Positions 12,493-23,772 of a DNA stretch of 64,000 bases are shown here, piece by piece (the stretch's first letter is position 1; every line of letters begins with the position of its first letter). This DNA comes from Azolla caroliniana (taxonomy: Eukaryota; Plantae; Polypodiophyta). The notes below the pieces were generated by a model that ran no database searches, was not told the origin of the DNA, and worked only from the letters and a program-made list of their open reading frames with translations. The DNA is taken from assembly GCA_043228905.1 (NCBI GenBank), contig JBHGNT010000011.1, positions 2,108,001-2,172,000 on the forward strand, in the 5' to 3' direction. The position numbers and the translations under genes are program-made.

Positions 12493-13206
12493 ATGGCTGC
12501 CATTAACTCAAAAGAATATCTCACCCTTGTTGCAGAAATGGAGAACCTTAAATCCAAGTTCGCATCTCTTGAAGTAGAGAATCAACGTCTACTTGGGGAT
12601 CTACAAAAGGTTACTATAGAGAAGAAACAACAACAAGAGGAGTTCATGCGACGAGTGCAACAGTTAGAGTCGACAATCGTAGTGTTACAACAACAAAGGG
12701 TTGAAGGTCATGGACTTATCAAGGAGCCCAAAATTAGCCTCCCAGCTAAATTTGATGGGTCGAGGGCGCATTTCCGAGGTTTCTTGAATCAAGTACGGTT
12801 GGTGATTCAAATGCATCCCGCGCGTTATCCAACATATGCATCACGAGTCGGGCTAGTGGGCACCTTATTGACTTGCATAGCGTTGTCGTGGTTTGCTCCA
12901 TTGCTAGAGACCAATTCTCCTCTACTGAATAATTTCGAGGAATTTATCAAGGAATTTAAGGCTTGTTTCGGAGATACTGATGGGGCGAGAACAACTATCA
13001 ACAAGATTCGTACACTTCGTCAAGGTGATCAACCCGCTTCGACATATGCTGCCAATTTCCGTCTCATCGCAAGCGATATTCCTTGGGATGAACAAGCCCT
13101 AATGGAGCAATTCCGTTCAGGCCTTTGTAGTGATGTCAAAGACTTACTTCTTACCTTCCCTGAGGATCCAAGGTCACTTACAGAAGCTATTAGCTTGAAA
13201 TGCTAA
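12493..13206 (+). CDS. Ty3/gypsy Gag (coiled coil + retrotransposon capsid, PEG10/Tf-like), C-terminally truncated
   Basis: KEPKISLPAKFDGSRAHFRG...ALSWF...LRQGDQPASTYAANF...WDEQALMEQFRSGL. Confidence 0.8.
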   Translation: MAAINSKEYLTLVAEMENLKSKFASLEVENQRLLGDLQKVTIEKKQQQEEFMRRVQQLESTIVVLQQQRVEGHGLIKEPKISLPAKFDGSRAHFRGFLNQVRLVIQMHPARYPTYASRVGLVGTLLTCIALSWFAPLLETNSPLLNNFEEFIKEFKACFGDTDGARTTINKIRTLRQGDQPASTYAANFRLIASDIPWDEQALMEQFRSGLCSDVKDLLLTFPEDPRSLTEAISLKC

Positions 13207-14480
13207 CAGTTCTTATGTAAGTGGCCCGGCTTCCCACAATAGAAGCAAGTAGGCCTCCCCCTTGTCTTTGACCTCGTCCCCGATTTGTCCCAGTTTTTGG
13301 GACTCCGATACCAGCCTTTTCCCCAGTTGTGGTCATCTTTCGTAACCAAGGCCTTCGGATCGGTTCCAGACTCCCGGTCCTTTCAGCGAGCTTCTTCATC
13401 TAGCAAGCTTGATTTTACCCTTGCTAGCAACAACTGCTTTCCTTCTGGCCCAGCATTGCCCAACATGACAACTAACGTCTCCCAATTATGCAGGAGGGAA
13501 CCAAGTAGGAGCAATGCGAGAACCTCATCCACGAGAGGTACTTCCAACAAGGTTGCTTGGTGTATTAGCCCCTGGAAGTCATTCATGTGCTCCGCCATAC
13601 TGGAGCCATCTTGGTATCAGAGCCTCACTAGCTTCCGGAATACCAAAACCCGATTAATAGCATTCTTGTTTTGGAACATGATGTTGATCTTCTCCCAGAG
13701 TTCATGAACCTTGCTCTCTTCATTGAAATTGTTGTACAGGTTCATTTCGATGAAGCACCAGATGTATGTCGTCGTCTTCATGTGCATCACCTCCCACACT
13801 ATGGCGTCAATCTTATCTGGTCTCTTGTCACAGAACTGAACAAGCAACCAAAAATCTTTAACCACAAGCATATCCCTCATCTTCGACTTCCACACTAAGT
13901 AGTTGGAGCCGGTGAGCTTGAACATGCCGACGAATGATTCTTCCATTTCCTATGTTGTTCGCTCTGATACCATATTGAGAAGAAAATAGCGCTCGGCCAC
14001 AACCGAGACTTAAACAACGAATGGAAGAAAACAAACTAACACAGAGATGACACATGATGTTTACGTGGAAACCCTAAATGGGAAAAACCATGGGAGCCCA
14101 TAGACTCCAACTATCACTATATAAGAAAGGTACAATCAGAGACTCGGTGGCAACGACCTCGAGCTCAATGTCTTCGCCAACCGGTGGTTACAACTGAAGT
14201 TGCTCTGTATCTCCTCTCTCTCTATACAACAGTTATGCACATACAACAATATGACCACCACAAATTCTGTGATTGCCCTAGGTCATATTTATACTCATAT
14301 GAACTTAGGGCTATTTACAAATATAACCTCAATAGGCTTACTCAAAACATATTTACAAATATGTATTCTCTTCTGGTTCTCACAAGGTCCATCCGATCCG
14401 GTTTCCGGATCTCTTCTGGTTTTCACCGGGTCCTCTTCATTCATAACCGGATTCCATCCGGAGGGACTAACTTTCCAACA

Positions 14481-15370
14481 CCTTTGAAGCACCTTGGTCA
14501 CGTACTTTTCCTGTGACAGCCACAACTACTTCTTCGACCGGTTCCGGATTATGTGCATCCCGAAAACTTGTCTCGCCGGACCCATATCTTTCATTGCAAA
14601 TGACTAGCTCAAAACCTTCTTCAACATTCTGATTTTGATTCGGTCCCGTCCGACGATCAGCGTGTCGTCCACATATAGAAGTAATATTAGGAAGTCGCCT
14701 CCATCAAATTTCTTCACGAATGTACGCAGTGGTCAGCCTGCGTCTTGTGGTATCCCTGATTGGTCATGAAGGAGTCGAACTTCCGATACCATTGCCAAGG
14801 AGCTTGCTTCAGTCTATATAAGCTCTTCTTCAATTGGCATACAAGGTGTTCCTTCCCTTTCTTGACAAATCCCTCCGGTTGTTGCATGTAGATCTCTTCT
14901 TTGAGGTCACCGTACAGGAATGCCGTATTGACATCTAGTTGCTCGACCTCGAGGTCCATGCTTGCCACTATGCTCAACACAGTTCGGATGGATGTCATCT
15001 TTACTACCAGGGCAAAGATCTCGTCAAAATCCACTCCCTTTTTCTACTAGAAGCCCTACACCATGATCTGGGCTTTGTATCTTGGTGGATTTCCGGCGTC
15101 TCTTGGTTTCAGCTTCTACACCCAGTTGTTCCGGAGTGCTTTCTTTCCTTTCGGTAGCTCCATCAATTCATATGTTTGGTACTCGTGCAGGGAATTCATC
15201 TCGTCCTACATGGCACTTAACCACTTGCGGTTGTGGGTGTCTTTCTTTGCTTCTTTGAGGCTTTCCGGCTCCCCCTCGTTGGTCAATAACACATGCTCTG
15301 TATCTGGAAACCTCCAAGAAGCTCTTCTCTCCCTGAGAGGATATCTTCTTCCTTGGTTTTCGACCACCGG
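14481..15370 (-). pseudogene. Copia RT fragment of element A
   Basis: DFDEIFALVVKMTSIRTVL...EQLDVNTAFLYGDL...YVDD. Confidence 0.85.
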
Positions 15371-16133
15371 TGTCGCGTTGTTACGTGCGTGCGTGGAGAA
15401 CAAGGCAGGACCACTGGGGTCTTGGACCGAGGAATAGGTGGGGAAAAGAGAGAGAGGGAGAGAGAGACACGCTCACACACAGATAGACAAAGAAGCGCGC
15501 GGGAATGCAGCCCAATCAACACAAGAGACACAAGTGGGGCAGGAGATAGAGTATAAGAACGCGTATATAAATATATGTATACAGATGACTCGAACGGTTA
15601 TAGCCGATCAGGTTGGCGAGACGGGTGTCGACGCCTGATCACCCACGCACACAGGGGAGCAAGATGGAGATTCTGCCGGAAGCACACGGGCGTTCCACGG
15701 AGCAGAATCAGCCTCTCGAGAACCTGCGCAAAGAAAGCTTATGGAGAACGACAGAGGAGAAGAGCTCGGTCCCAGTCCGACAACACTTCGTCCCCTCTAG
15801 CGCGCGATGCCTTCTCTCCCCCGTCTCCCTCTCTTTTATAGCTCAAGGAGGGAGGTCGTCTTGCCCGTTTACATCACATTAATTCTCTGTCCTTTCGGAC
15901 AGAGATACTCCTCGATTCTCCCTACAGAATATTGCTACCTAGGATCTACCCCTTGCGCCTACCTATCTTCTTTACGACAAGGGACGTGCCCACGTGTAAG
16001 GGCCGGTTCACACACATTATACACGGTTTGCGCTCGGGGACAGTTTTCTTCACGACATCCACCCCCACCTAACCGCGCATCCACCGGTATGCGCCAAAAT
16101 TGGGTTCCTACGAGAGAAAACCGATCCTTGCTT

Positions 16134-19100
16134 TTATTCCTCGTTTACCAGTTCATCCTCCGCCTCGGGCTGCTCGTCGTCGCTGTCCATGCCTCCTAGC
16201 CCCGGCTTCCCGTCATGCCGTTTCTTGAACGCTTTGATCCTCTTCCCCACTACCAGTATCGCCATTCTCGTACCGTCGAGCTCTGCGAGATGGTACGTCC
16301 CATTGCCGTTGGCGCCTGTTACTACGTCAGGCCCGAACCACCTCCTCGCAAACTTCCGCGTGGCCCTGTGCTGATTGTCAAGGCTGCTGTTGTAGACTAG
16401 CACCCAGTCGCCTTCCTCGATCTTCCTTGGCCTGGACCGGTGTGTTCGGTCGAACCGGGCTTTGTTCCTTATCCTCGCTACTCGAAGTTTCTCCGCGGCT
16501 CGCTCTACGTACTCCGGCCTCCGCTCGAGCTGTCGAATCCGCGCCGCCAACAGTTCCTCCCGGCTCATCTCATCCCTCCAGTCCACCGTGGCCCACGAGG
16601 AGATCGTTCGCTCTGTTGGCATGATCGGCTTCTGTCCGAACATCAGCTCGGCCGGCATGAACCCGGTTACCGAACTATGCGTAGTCCGGTCCGCCCACAA
16701 GGCATAAGGTAGCAGCCGTGGCTAGTCCCCGACTCGGCCTCCGCACGCCCGTACAAGCGCTTTGACAATTGGCCCGTGTCCACGCTCCACGTTCCCGTTC
16801 GCCTCTGGATTGTACGTTGTGGTGAGCGAAAGTTTGACTCCTAGCCGGTCGAACAACTCTTCAGCTTCTTCTGCGTCCAACTCACCACGGTCAGCCACGA
16901 TCTTCCCTACGCACCCGTATCGGCATACTACGTCCTCAATCAAAAACCGGCACACGGCTGCCGTCATCTTGTTCTGCAGGGCTCGGCCTTCAACCTGGTT
17001 CGTTAGATCTTCCCGAGCCAGCACCAGATACCGCATCTATCCTACCCCCATTGGCATCGTCACCAAATCCACCATCCACTTGAAGTGGACGGTCGGAGGG
17101 TAGGTCAGGTGAAGCTCGTCCCGATGTCGGATCATGGAGTGCACCCGGCAGCTTTTGCAAGTCGTCACGAACCGATGCACGTCCCGGTATAGTCCCGGCC
17201 ACCAGTACTTCCCCTTTAGCTTTTCGAACGTGGCCCACGTTCCACGGTGTCCAGCCCACGGGCTATCGTGGTACGCCGCCAACAAATCATCCTGTTCCTC
17301 CTTCTTCGCCACCACCCGGAGCGGGACGTCGTTCCTCTTCTTCGGGTGCTTCCATATGTATCCGTCCCGGAGAAAGAATCGGTAGGCTTTCTTCTGAATC
17401 CGGTTGGCCTCGTCCTTTGTCCATGCCACGTCCGGTGTCATTGTTTTCAGGAACCTGCCGATCTGTAGCCACTCCCCGTTGTACTTGCTCTTGTCGAAAT
17501 CGTTAAGCGTTGGAGTGCATTCCCTGCCGGTTGTTACGTAGGCCGCCTCGAAGAAGTCCACGCCGACTTCCTCGTCCTCCGAAACCATGCCGCCCTCGTT
17601 TTCGAACCTCGCCCTTGAAAGCATGTCGGCCATGGTATTGTCTTTCCCGGAAATGTGTCGTACTTCCGGATTCAGGGACTTGATGTACGCTATCCACCTG
17701 AGCATTGCCAGGTCTGGCGTTGCGCATCCGGAAACCATGCCAAGAATTGGCAGGTAGTCCGTCTTGATAATTACCTCTGTCCCGATTAGGTAGTCTTTAT
17801 CGGCCTTTACCGCCGAAACGATACCCCAGAGCTCGCGTTTAACCTGGGCGTATGCTCGTTGTCGCTCGCTGAGGACCTTGGCGTCGAACCGGATCGGGAA
17901 ACGCATGCTGTCCTCGCCCTCTTGGTTGACGACCCATCCGATCCTGGTCGGACTCGTGTCCACCGTTACGTAAATTGGAGTGTCCTTTCCGTAGACAGCC
18001 TTCCGGAGCGCCGGAGCTGCGGCAAGTGCTTCCTTCATCTTTCGGACAGACTCCGTATGCTCATCTCTCCACTCGAATTTTCGCCCCTTTTTCAGCAACC
18101 CGTATAACGGCTCCGCGACGTGGGCGTAATGCGGGATCCATATGTGGTAGAACGCGCATGCTCCCAAGAACCTCCGAACCTCCGTGACCTAGTTGCAGCC
18201 GTCCTTCATTGCGGAGATGGCTTCTACCTTAGCCGGAGACGGTTTCCGGCCGTACGACCCGCATAGGTGTCCGATGACCATGATCTCTGCTTGCCCGAAG
18301 GCCGATTTTCCCCTGGAGAAGGTGAGCCTCGCGCCCTCCAACCTCCGTAGCACCTTTTCACAATCATCGATGTGCGTCGCCACGAATTTCCAGCACCCGT
18401 CTGGTCCGATCGTCTCGTCCTTTTCCTCCACCGGGCATCCCTTGATCGGGACGTCGTCCAGAAACGGCATGGTGATGTCCGGGATACAATCCCTCAGCAC
18501 CTTGTTCATTGCGTTCACCATGTGAGCCACCGAGTTCGTCCCTCCTTGCGGTAGGGTACACATTCGTACTAGGCCGAGAGGAGTTCGCATTGTCATGATG
18601 TCTCTGCTCTCTATGGCTAGCTGGAACTGATCGTACCCCGAGTAGAGATCACTGACCGAGTAAATCGACCTTTCGGCAAAGGCCTCCGCGAACTCGTCTA
18701 TTGTCGGTCCGATTCCTGCGTTTCGAATGCTCACCTTGTTGACCGGCTGCAAGTCTTGTATAAAGCGCAGCGTGTCGTTCTTCTTCGGCACGGTAAACCA
18801 CCGATTCGAGTATGGGGCACTCGACGGTTCGAGGATTCCCATCTCGACCTCTGCTTTAACAGCTCCATCAGCTTCGGGATGTGAGCTCTGGGTTTTGGAA
18901 TCGGTTTGAGACTCCACGGCACATGTGGTACCGTGAATATCACCATCGGTTCCACGATTGTCGGGTCTACGCACCCGATCTCCTCCGGTGAGAATGCGAA
19001 GGCCTTCCCGTGCCTTCCGAGCATTTCCCGAAAACGATCCTCTTCCGCCAGCAGTAGGAAGCCGCCCCCACCGATTTTGAGCTCGCGCAGCATTATGTCG

Positions 19101-20046
19101 GTGAACGTGTGTCCTATGCGGGCCGGATTTCGTAAACTTGGGTCCGACACACCCCCCTTTATTCACAACCCGCTACCCTCCAGCAAGGGAGCCGCGACTG
19201 GCCTCACCTTCCGGTCCATAGTCTTGTACCTCGTGTCCACCCAGGCCGTCCGATCCGACTCGAGCCCTCTACTGAAGTCCGCGATGACTTCGTACATCTT
19301 TTCCAAACATACCGGAATCGTCCGGTCCTCTTGAAGGACTCCTCCAACCACCTCCCGCAGCTCCCCCAAGGTATCGTCGAAAGAGACCGCCTCCATAGCT
19401 CCGTTGATTTCCTCTCCGAGGTCGAGGACGCCACATGCCCGAAGTCACTCCTCCGCCCTTCTCTTCTTCCGTCCGACAATGTCAACTATCGTACACCCTC
19501 CGTTGTCGAAGAACCAAAATTTCCTACTTATAGTACAGGTCTTTTTCGCTATCGTACACTGGTAGGGTTTTCCCGGAGTGTCCGGACTATCGCGGCCCCA
19601 CGCCTTGATAGCCCTCTCTAAAAATCCTCTCGGCTTTCGCCCTGGAGGGTCTCGCGGTTCCGCTCATGGTTCAGTCTCACCGTCTGGAACTGGACCGAGT
19701 GACGCCCATCTTGGCTCTTGACCCTTGCATAGGCCGAGCCGTTGTCCAACACCTTGGTCTCCATCCGTGCTGCCGTGATGTACGGTTCTCCGAGTATAAC
19801 CGGATGTGAGGACGTCTCCTGCACGAAGAAGTGCTGGTCAATCTCGACATCGCCGATCTTTACTCGTACATTCGGGTAGGTTCCATACAGTTCCTCAGTG
19901 GCACGCGTCGCTGCCCGTATCTTCCACCCGTGCTTGGTGTTGATCGGCCATTTCCCCTTCTTATAGAAGTCCATGGACATCAAATTGATTTCTGAATTGT
20001 GGTCCACCAACGCCACCAACGGTTCCTGAACATCTCCGATCTTCAC
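16134..20046 (-). pseudogene. Gypsy protease-RT-RNaseH-integrase (few stops/frameshifts)
   Basis: ORFs 19618-20046, 19163-19396, 18731-19150, 18189-19166, 17037-18167, 16722-17036, 16134-16700. Confidence 0.9.
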
Positions 20047-20070
20047 GGGGGTCTCCGTGGTCGCTCTGGC

Positions 20071-21744
20071 CTAGTGCAGCCTTGAATAGTGGCTCTCCGC
20101 CAACTCGTCTTCCAACGCCATGTCCTCTATGTGCGTCGTCCACACCTCCACTGGCTTCTCCGGTTCTGTCTCCGTCGACAGCCTCTTCCTCTTCACCAAG
20201 TCTACGATGGAGTCGTGGAACTCCTTCTTGGCGATCCCGAGCACTTCCCTTAGCGACAGTTCCACCTTGCTGTTGAGGATTCGTTCTTCCAGGACCTTTC
20301 GCAGGTCCGTGGATCTTTCGATTTCTGTGCCTAGCCGGTACCCGCCCCTCTTGGGATGATCCTGGGCGCCGGTTATACCGGCCTCATTTCGTCTTTGCCC
20401 AAATCGAGTTTCATATCGCTGCGAGGGCCCGGCCCCTCCGGTTTTCCCTACTCTCTTGTCCTCCACCAAGGCCTCGTAGTTTTGACAAGCGGCTTCGACG
20501 AAGCCCGTCTTTTCTTCCACCGGGTCACTCCACCCGGTTACCTCCCGGACCCGTTTTTCCGCGCGGTTCACCTCTTCTTTCCTCAGCTGTGCGTCGGCGA
20601 GGCCTTCTAGCATCATCGGCCAGAACCCGGCTTTGTTCGTCTTCGGGGTCTCGCCTCCTCCGACCCGAATACCAGCTGACGCCGAGTAGTGGACGGTCTC
20701 CGCGTGACGAGCCGCCGCCTCCTCCATCAGCCTTTTCATACCCCCTCGCCCGACGTTCAAGTTCAGGGCCCTTCGGGTCTCGCTGGCGTGCACCTGACCG
20801 TTCCACAGGTACACCACGTTGCTTCTCATCGCCTCGGCGAAGTCCCCGCAGTCCTTTCGGATGTGCCCAACCGCGTCACACCACATGCACCTATTTTCAG
20901 CCAGAGGTCGTCGGTCACGGGCCTGTTCGCCACCATCCCTCCGTGCCTGGGCGATTTGGAGATCCCTTACCATCCGCATCAGCTCCTCCAGAGCTGCTCC
21001 CCCGGACAAGCCATTGACCATGCCGGTTGAAGCCGACCCGGTCTCGAGCCAATCTTGGGTCTCTCCCCTTCGCGTTGGTGGTGTTGGCTCGGGCTTCTTT
21101 GCTGCGACAGAGCCCGCCCCTGTCGATCCTTTGTCAGCCCATTCCCGCCGTTTGTCGAAACGGCCACAGACCTTTTTCACTACGGCCCAGTCGGCCGTCA
21201 GCCCATCATCAGTCTCCAATAGGAGGCCTACCTGCTCCCAATCCCGCTCATCAACCGACTTAACAAACAATAGGACACGGCTTGTGTCCAGAACGGTCCG
21301 GTCAAGCACCGAGAGGCGCGCGAAGCATTCCTCAAACTCCAGAAGGAGCACTGACGCGTTCCTTCCTTTGTCGGGGGTCTCCACCCACTCCATGAAGTCC
21401 CACTTCGAAAGTCGAAGCGCATCTTCAAGCTCGTATCTTTCGAGGAGCCGACCTTCGAACTCCTCCCAGGTCCGGCTCTCGGTCCGTACCTCGAGCACCT
21501 CTGTATGGATACTCGGCATCGCCACTCGAGGGAATCCAGCTAGACGCCTCTCTTTCGGAATGTCCCTCATTACCATCTCAGCCCGGTAGCACGCCAGGTA
21601 GCTCGTGGTATCCTTCCCACTAAACCGGCCGATCGTACCGACAACCGCCTCGATAGCCCTATCAAGGGCGCCGGTGCCTTCGCGCACACTCACTATACGG
21701 TCTACAGCCGAAGCCATGGCTTCTGCAAGGTCCGACCCCCTCAT
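20071..21744 (-). CDS. Gypsy Gag (557 aa, CMWCDAVGHIRKDC knuckle); in frame with protease beyond a likely TGG>TAG stop
   Basis: ORF track; CCHC motif; protease ORF 19618-20046 is in the same frame. Confidence 0.85.
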   Translation of the reverse strand: MRGSDLAEAMASAVDRIVSVREGTGALDRAIEAVVGTIGRFSGKDTTSYLACYRAEMVMRDIPKERRLAGFPRVAMPSIHTEVLEVRTESRTWEEFEGRLLERYELEDALRLSKWDFMEWVETPDKGRNASVLLLEFEECFARLSVLDRTVLDTSRVLLFVKSVDERDWEQVGLLLETDDGLTADWAVVKKVCGRFDKRREWADKGSTGAGSVAAKKPEPTPPTRRGETQDWLETGSASTGMVNGLSGGAALEELMRMVRDLQIAQARRDGGEQARDRRPLAENRCMWCDAVGHIRKDCGDFAEAMRSNVVYLWNGQVHASETRRALNLNVGRGGMKRLMEEAAARHAETVHYSASAGIRVGGGETPKTNKAGFWPMMLEGLADAQLRKEEVNRAEKRVREVTGWSDPVEEKTGFVEAACQNYEALVEDKRVGKTGGAGPSQRYETRFGQRRNEAGITGAQDHPKRGGYRLGTEIERSTDLRKVLEERILNSKVELSLREVLGIAKKEFHDSIVDLVKRKRLSTETEPEKPVEVWTTHIEDMALEDELAESHYSRLH

Positions 21745-21765
21745 CTTCTACTCCTCTACCGCCTG

Positions 21766-21783
21766 TTCACGTCGGGTTAACCA
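21766..21783 (-). promoter_or_regulatory. Primer-binding site complementary to tRNA-Trp 3' end
   Basis: Plus strand ttcacgtcgggttaacca vs plant tRNA-Trp end ...TTCACGTCGGGTTCACCA (recalled sequence; 1 mismatch). Confidence 0.75.
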
Positions 21784-22474
21784 AATATGTCGCGTTGTTA
21801 TGCGCGTGCGTGGAGAACAAGGCGGGACCACTGGGGTCTTGGACCGAGGAATAGGTGGGGAAAAGAGAGAGAGGGAGAGAGAGACACACTCACACACGGA
21901 TAGACAAAGAAGCGTGCGGGAACGCAGCCCAATCAACACAAGAGACACAAGTGGGATAGGAGATAGAGTATAAGAACGTGTATATAAATATATGTATGCA
22001 GATGACTCGAACGGTTACAGCCGATTAGGTCGGCGAGACGGGTGTCGACACCTGATCACCCACGCACACAGGGGAGCAAGATGGAGATTCTGCCGGAAGC
22101 ACACGGGCGTTCCACGGAGCAGAATCAGCCTCTCGAGAACCTGCGCAAAGAAAGCTTATGGAGAACGACAGAGGAGAAGAGCTCGGTCCCAGTCCGACAG
22201 CACTTCGTCCCCTCTAGCGCGCGATGCCTTCTCTCCCCCGTCTCCCTCTCTTTTATAGCTCAAGGAGGGAGGCCGTCTTGCCCGTTTACATCACATTAAT
22301 TCTCTGTCCTTTCGGATAGAGATACTCCTCGATTCTCCCTACAAAATATTGCTACCTAGGATCTACCCCTTGCGCCTACCTATCTTCTTTACGACAAGGG
22401 ACGTGCCCACGTGTAAGGGCCAGTTCACACACATTATACACGGTTTGCGCCCGGGGACGGTTTTCTTCATGACA

Positions 22475-23581
22475 CCGGTTCCTCCATTTTCTCTTCATCG
22501 AAATCTGATTCGGGGTCTTGTCTGGTTCCAGTGTCCCATTCTTCCTCTTTGGCCGGTTCGGTTTCTAGTCCGACTCCGGCTGGCTCTTCAAGTGTCATCC
22601 GGCTTCCGGCCGGATGGGTCCATGTGTCTTTCGACCGATCTCTGTCGGTCGACCCGGAGTCCATTGTCATCTTCTCCGACTCCCAGCCAACTATTGTCAT
22701 GTCTTCCATGAAGACTAGGTCTCGACTCTGGAAGACCTTCTTGTCGACCAAGTCCCATACTCGATATCCAAACTCATCATTTCCGTATCCAAGGAATATG
22801 CATGGACGGGACTTCGGATCCAATTTCGCTCTCTTGTCCTTTGCCACATGCACGTAGGCAAGGCAACTGAACACCTTCAAATGCCGGTAAGACACATCTT
22901 TACCAGTCCATACTCTTTGTGGTGTGTCTCCATCCAATGGTGTTGAGGGTGATCTATTTATCACGTACGTCGATGTTATTAGCGCCTTCGCCCAAAACGT
23001 CTTGGACAGCTATGTATGTGCCAGCATGGTTCGGACTCTCTCCTTCACGGTCTAGTTCATCCTTTCAACCAATCCGTTCAGTTATGGGGTCATCGACACG
23101 GTGAATTCGACCCAGATGCCCTTCGACCAGTAGTATTCCTCAAACTGCCCCCGGTATTCTCCTTTGTTGTCCGCTCGAACCACCTTTAGCTTCCGACCGG
23201 TTTCTCTTTCCACTCTCGCGTGGAATTCCTTGAAGACAGATAACACTTGGTCCTTCATTTTCAGTGGTGAGACCCACAACGTCACAAAGTGTTGCGATCC
23301 AGCATGTGAAGTTCCAGTGGTGCATTCCATCTCATCGGTGGTCTTGTCCGGAAAGAGGTTCGGTTTTGCTTGCCGGCCAAGCAATTAGTGCACTTCTACA
23401 GATGCACGCCTTTCACCTCCGGAATGAGGTTATCTTTGGCAAGTTTACGCATTCCTTTCTGGATCATGTGACACAACCTCTTGTGCCACAACTCACCGCC
23501 ATTGTCGGATACCACGTTCACTTCTTCCCGGAAAATTCGGGCATGCATCAAGTACAATGTCTTGATCTTCCGGGCTCGTGC
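22475..23581 (-). pseudogene. Copia integrase fragment of element A
   Basis: LWHKRLCH, VRADNKGEY, KLDPKSRPCIFLGYG. Confidence 0.85.
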
Positions 23582-23772
23582 TGACGGGAACCCAACGTTC
23601 CTTATGCGCAACGCTCGGCCACAACCGAGATTCTTTTCATACACAGAAAACAGGAAATGAAACACACGACACAAAGGAGAGGAAGATATACACACACTAC
23701 ACAGGAGGTTTACGTGGGAAAACCCCAAACTAGGGGAAAAAACCACGGCAGCCCACAGGCTGCAAACTGTCA

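Larger units (their letters stand above)
11953..13192 (+). mobile_element. Gypsy-type element fragment: LTR-like 5' region plus gag
   Basis: Starts TATCATGAACAC (related to TGTCACGACAC of solo LTR 37124-37663); TTCTAGAA-rich, TATA at ~12200, (CT)n leader, then gag ORF; right end is a deletion junction. Confidence 0.7.
11047..14480 (-). mobile_element. Copia (Tork-like) element B, 5' half: LTR 13976-14480, PBS, gag, PR, INT; inserted in RT of element A
   Basis: PBS complement gctctgatacca 13961-13972; gag MEESFVGMFKLTGSNY (13946); INT 11300-11677. Confidence 0.85.
15371..22474 (-). mobile_element. Full-length Ty3/gypsy element, 687-bp LTRs, TSD CCGG, tRNA-Trp PBS
   Basis: LTRs 15371-16057 and 21788-22474 highly similar; CCGG at 15367-15370 and 22475-22478; PPT ggtgggggtgga next to 16057; gag, PR (LVDHNSEIN), RT (FLDD), RNase H, INT (GHRG, C..C) in gypsy order. 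Confidence 0.95.

Noticed and set aside
12493-13206. Domesticated PEG10-like gag gene
   Set aside because: Truncated by a deletion junction and nested within another retrotransposon; best explained as a TE fragment.
20819-21589. 256-aa antisense ORF and other overlapping ORFs in retroelements
   Set aside because: Shadow frames of GC-rich gag/pol with no recognisable domain.
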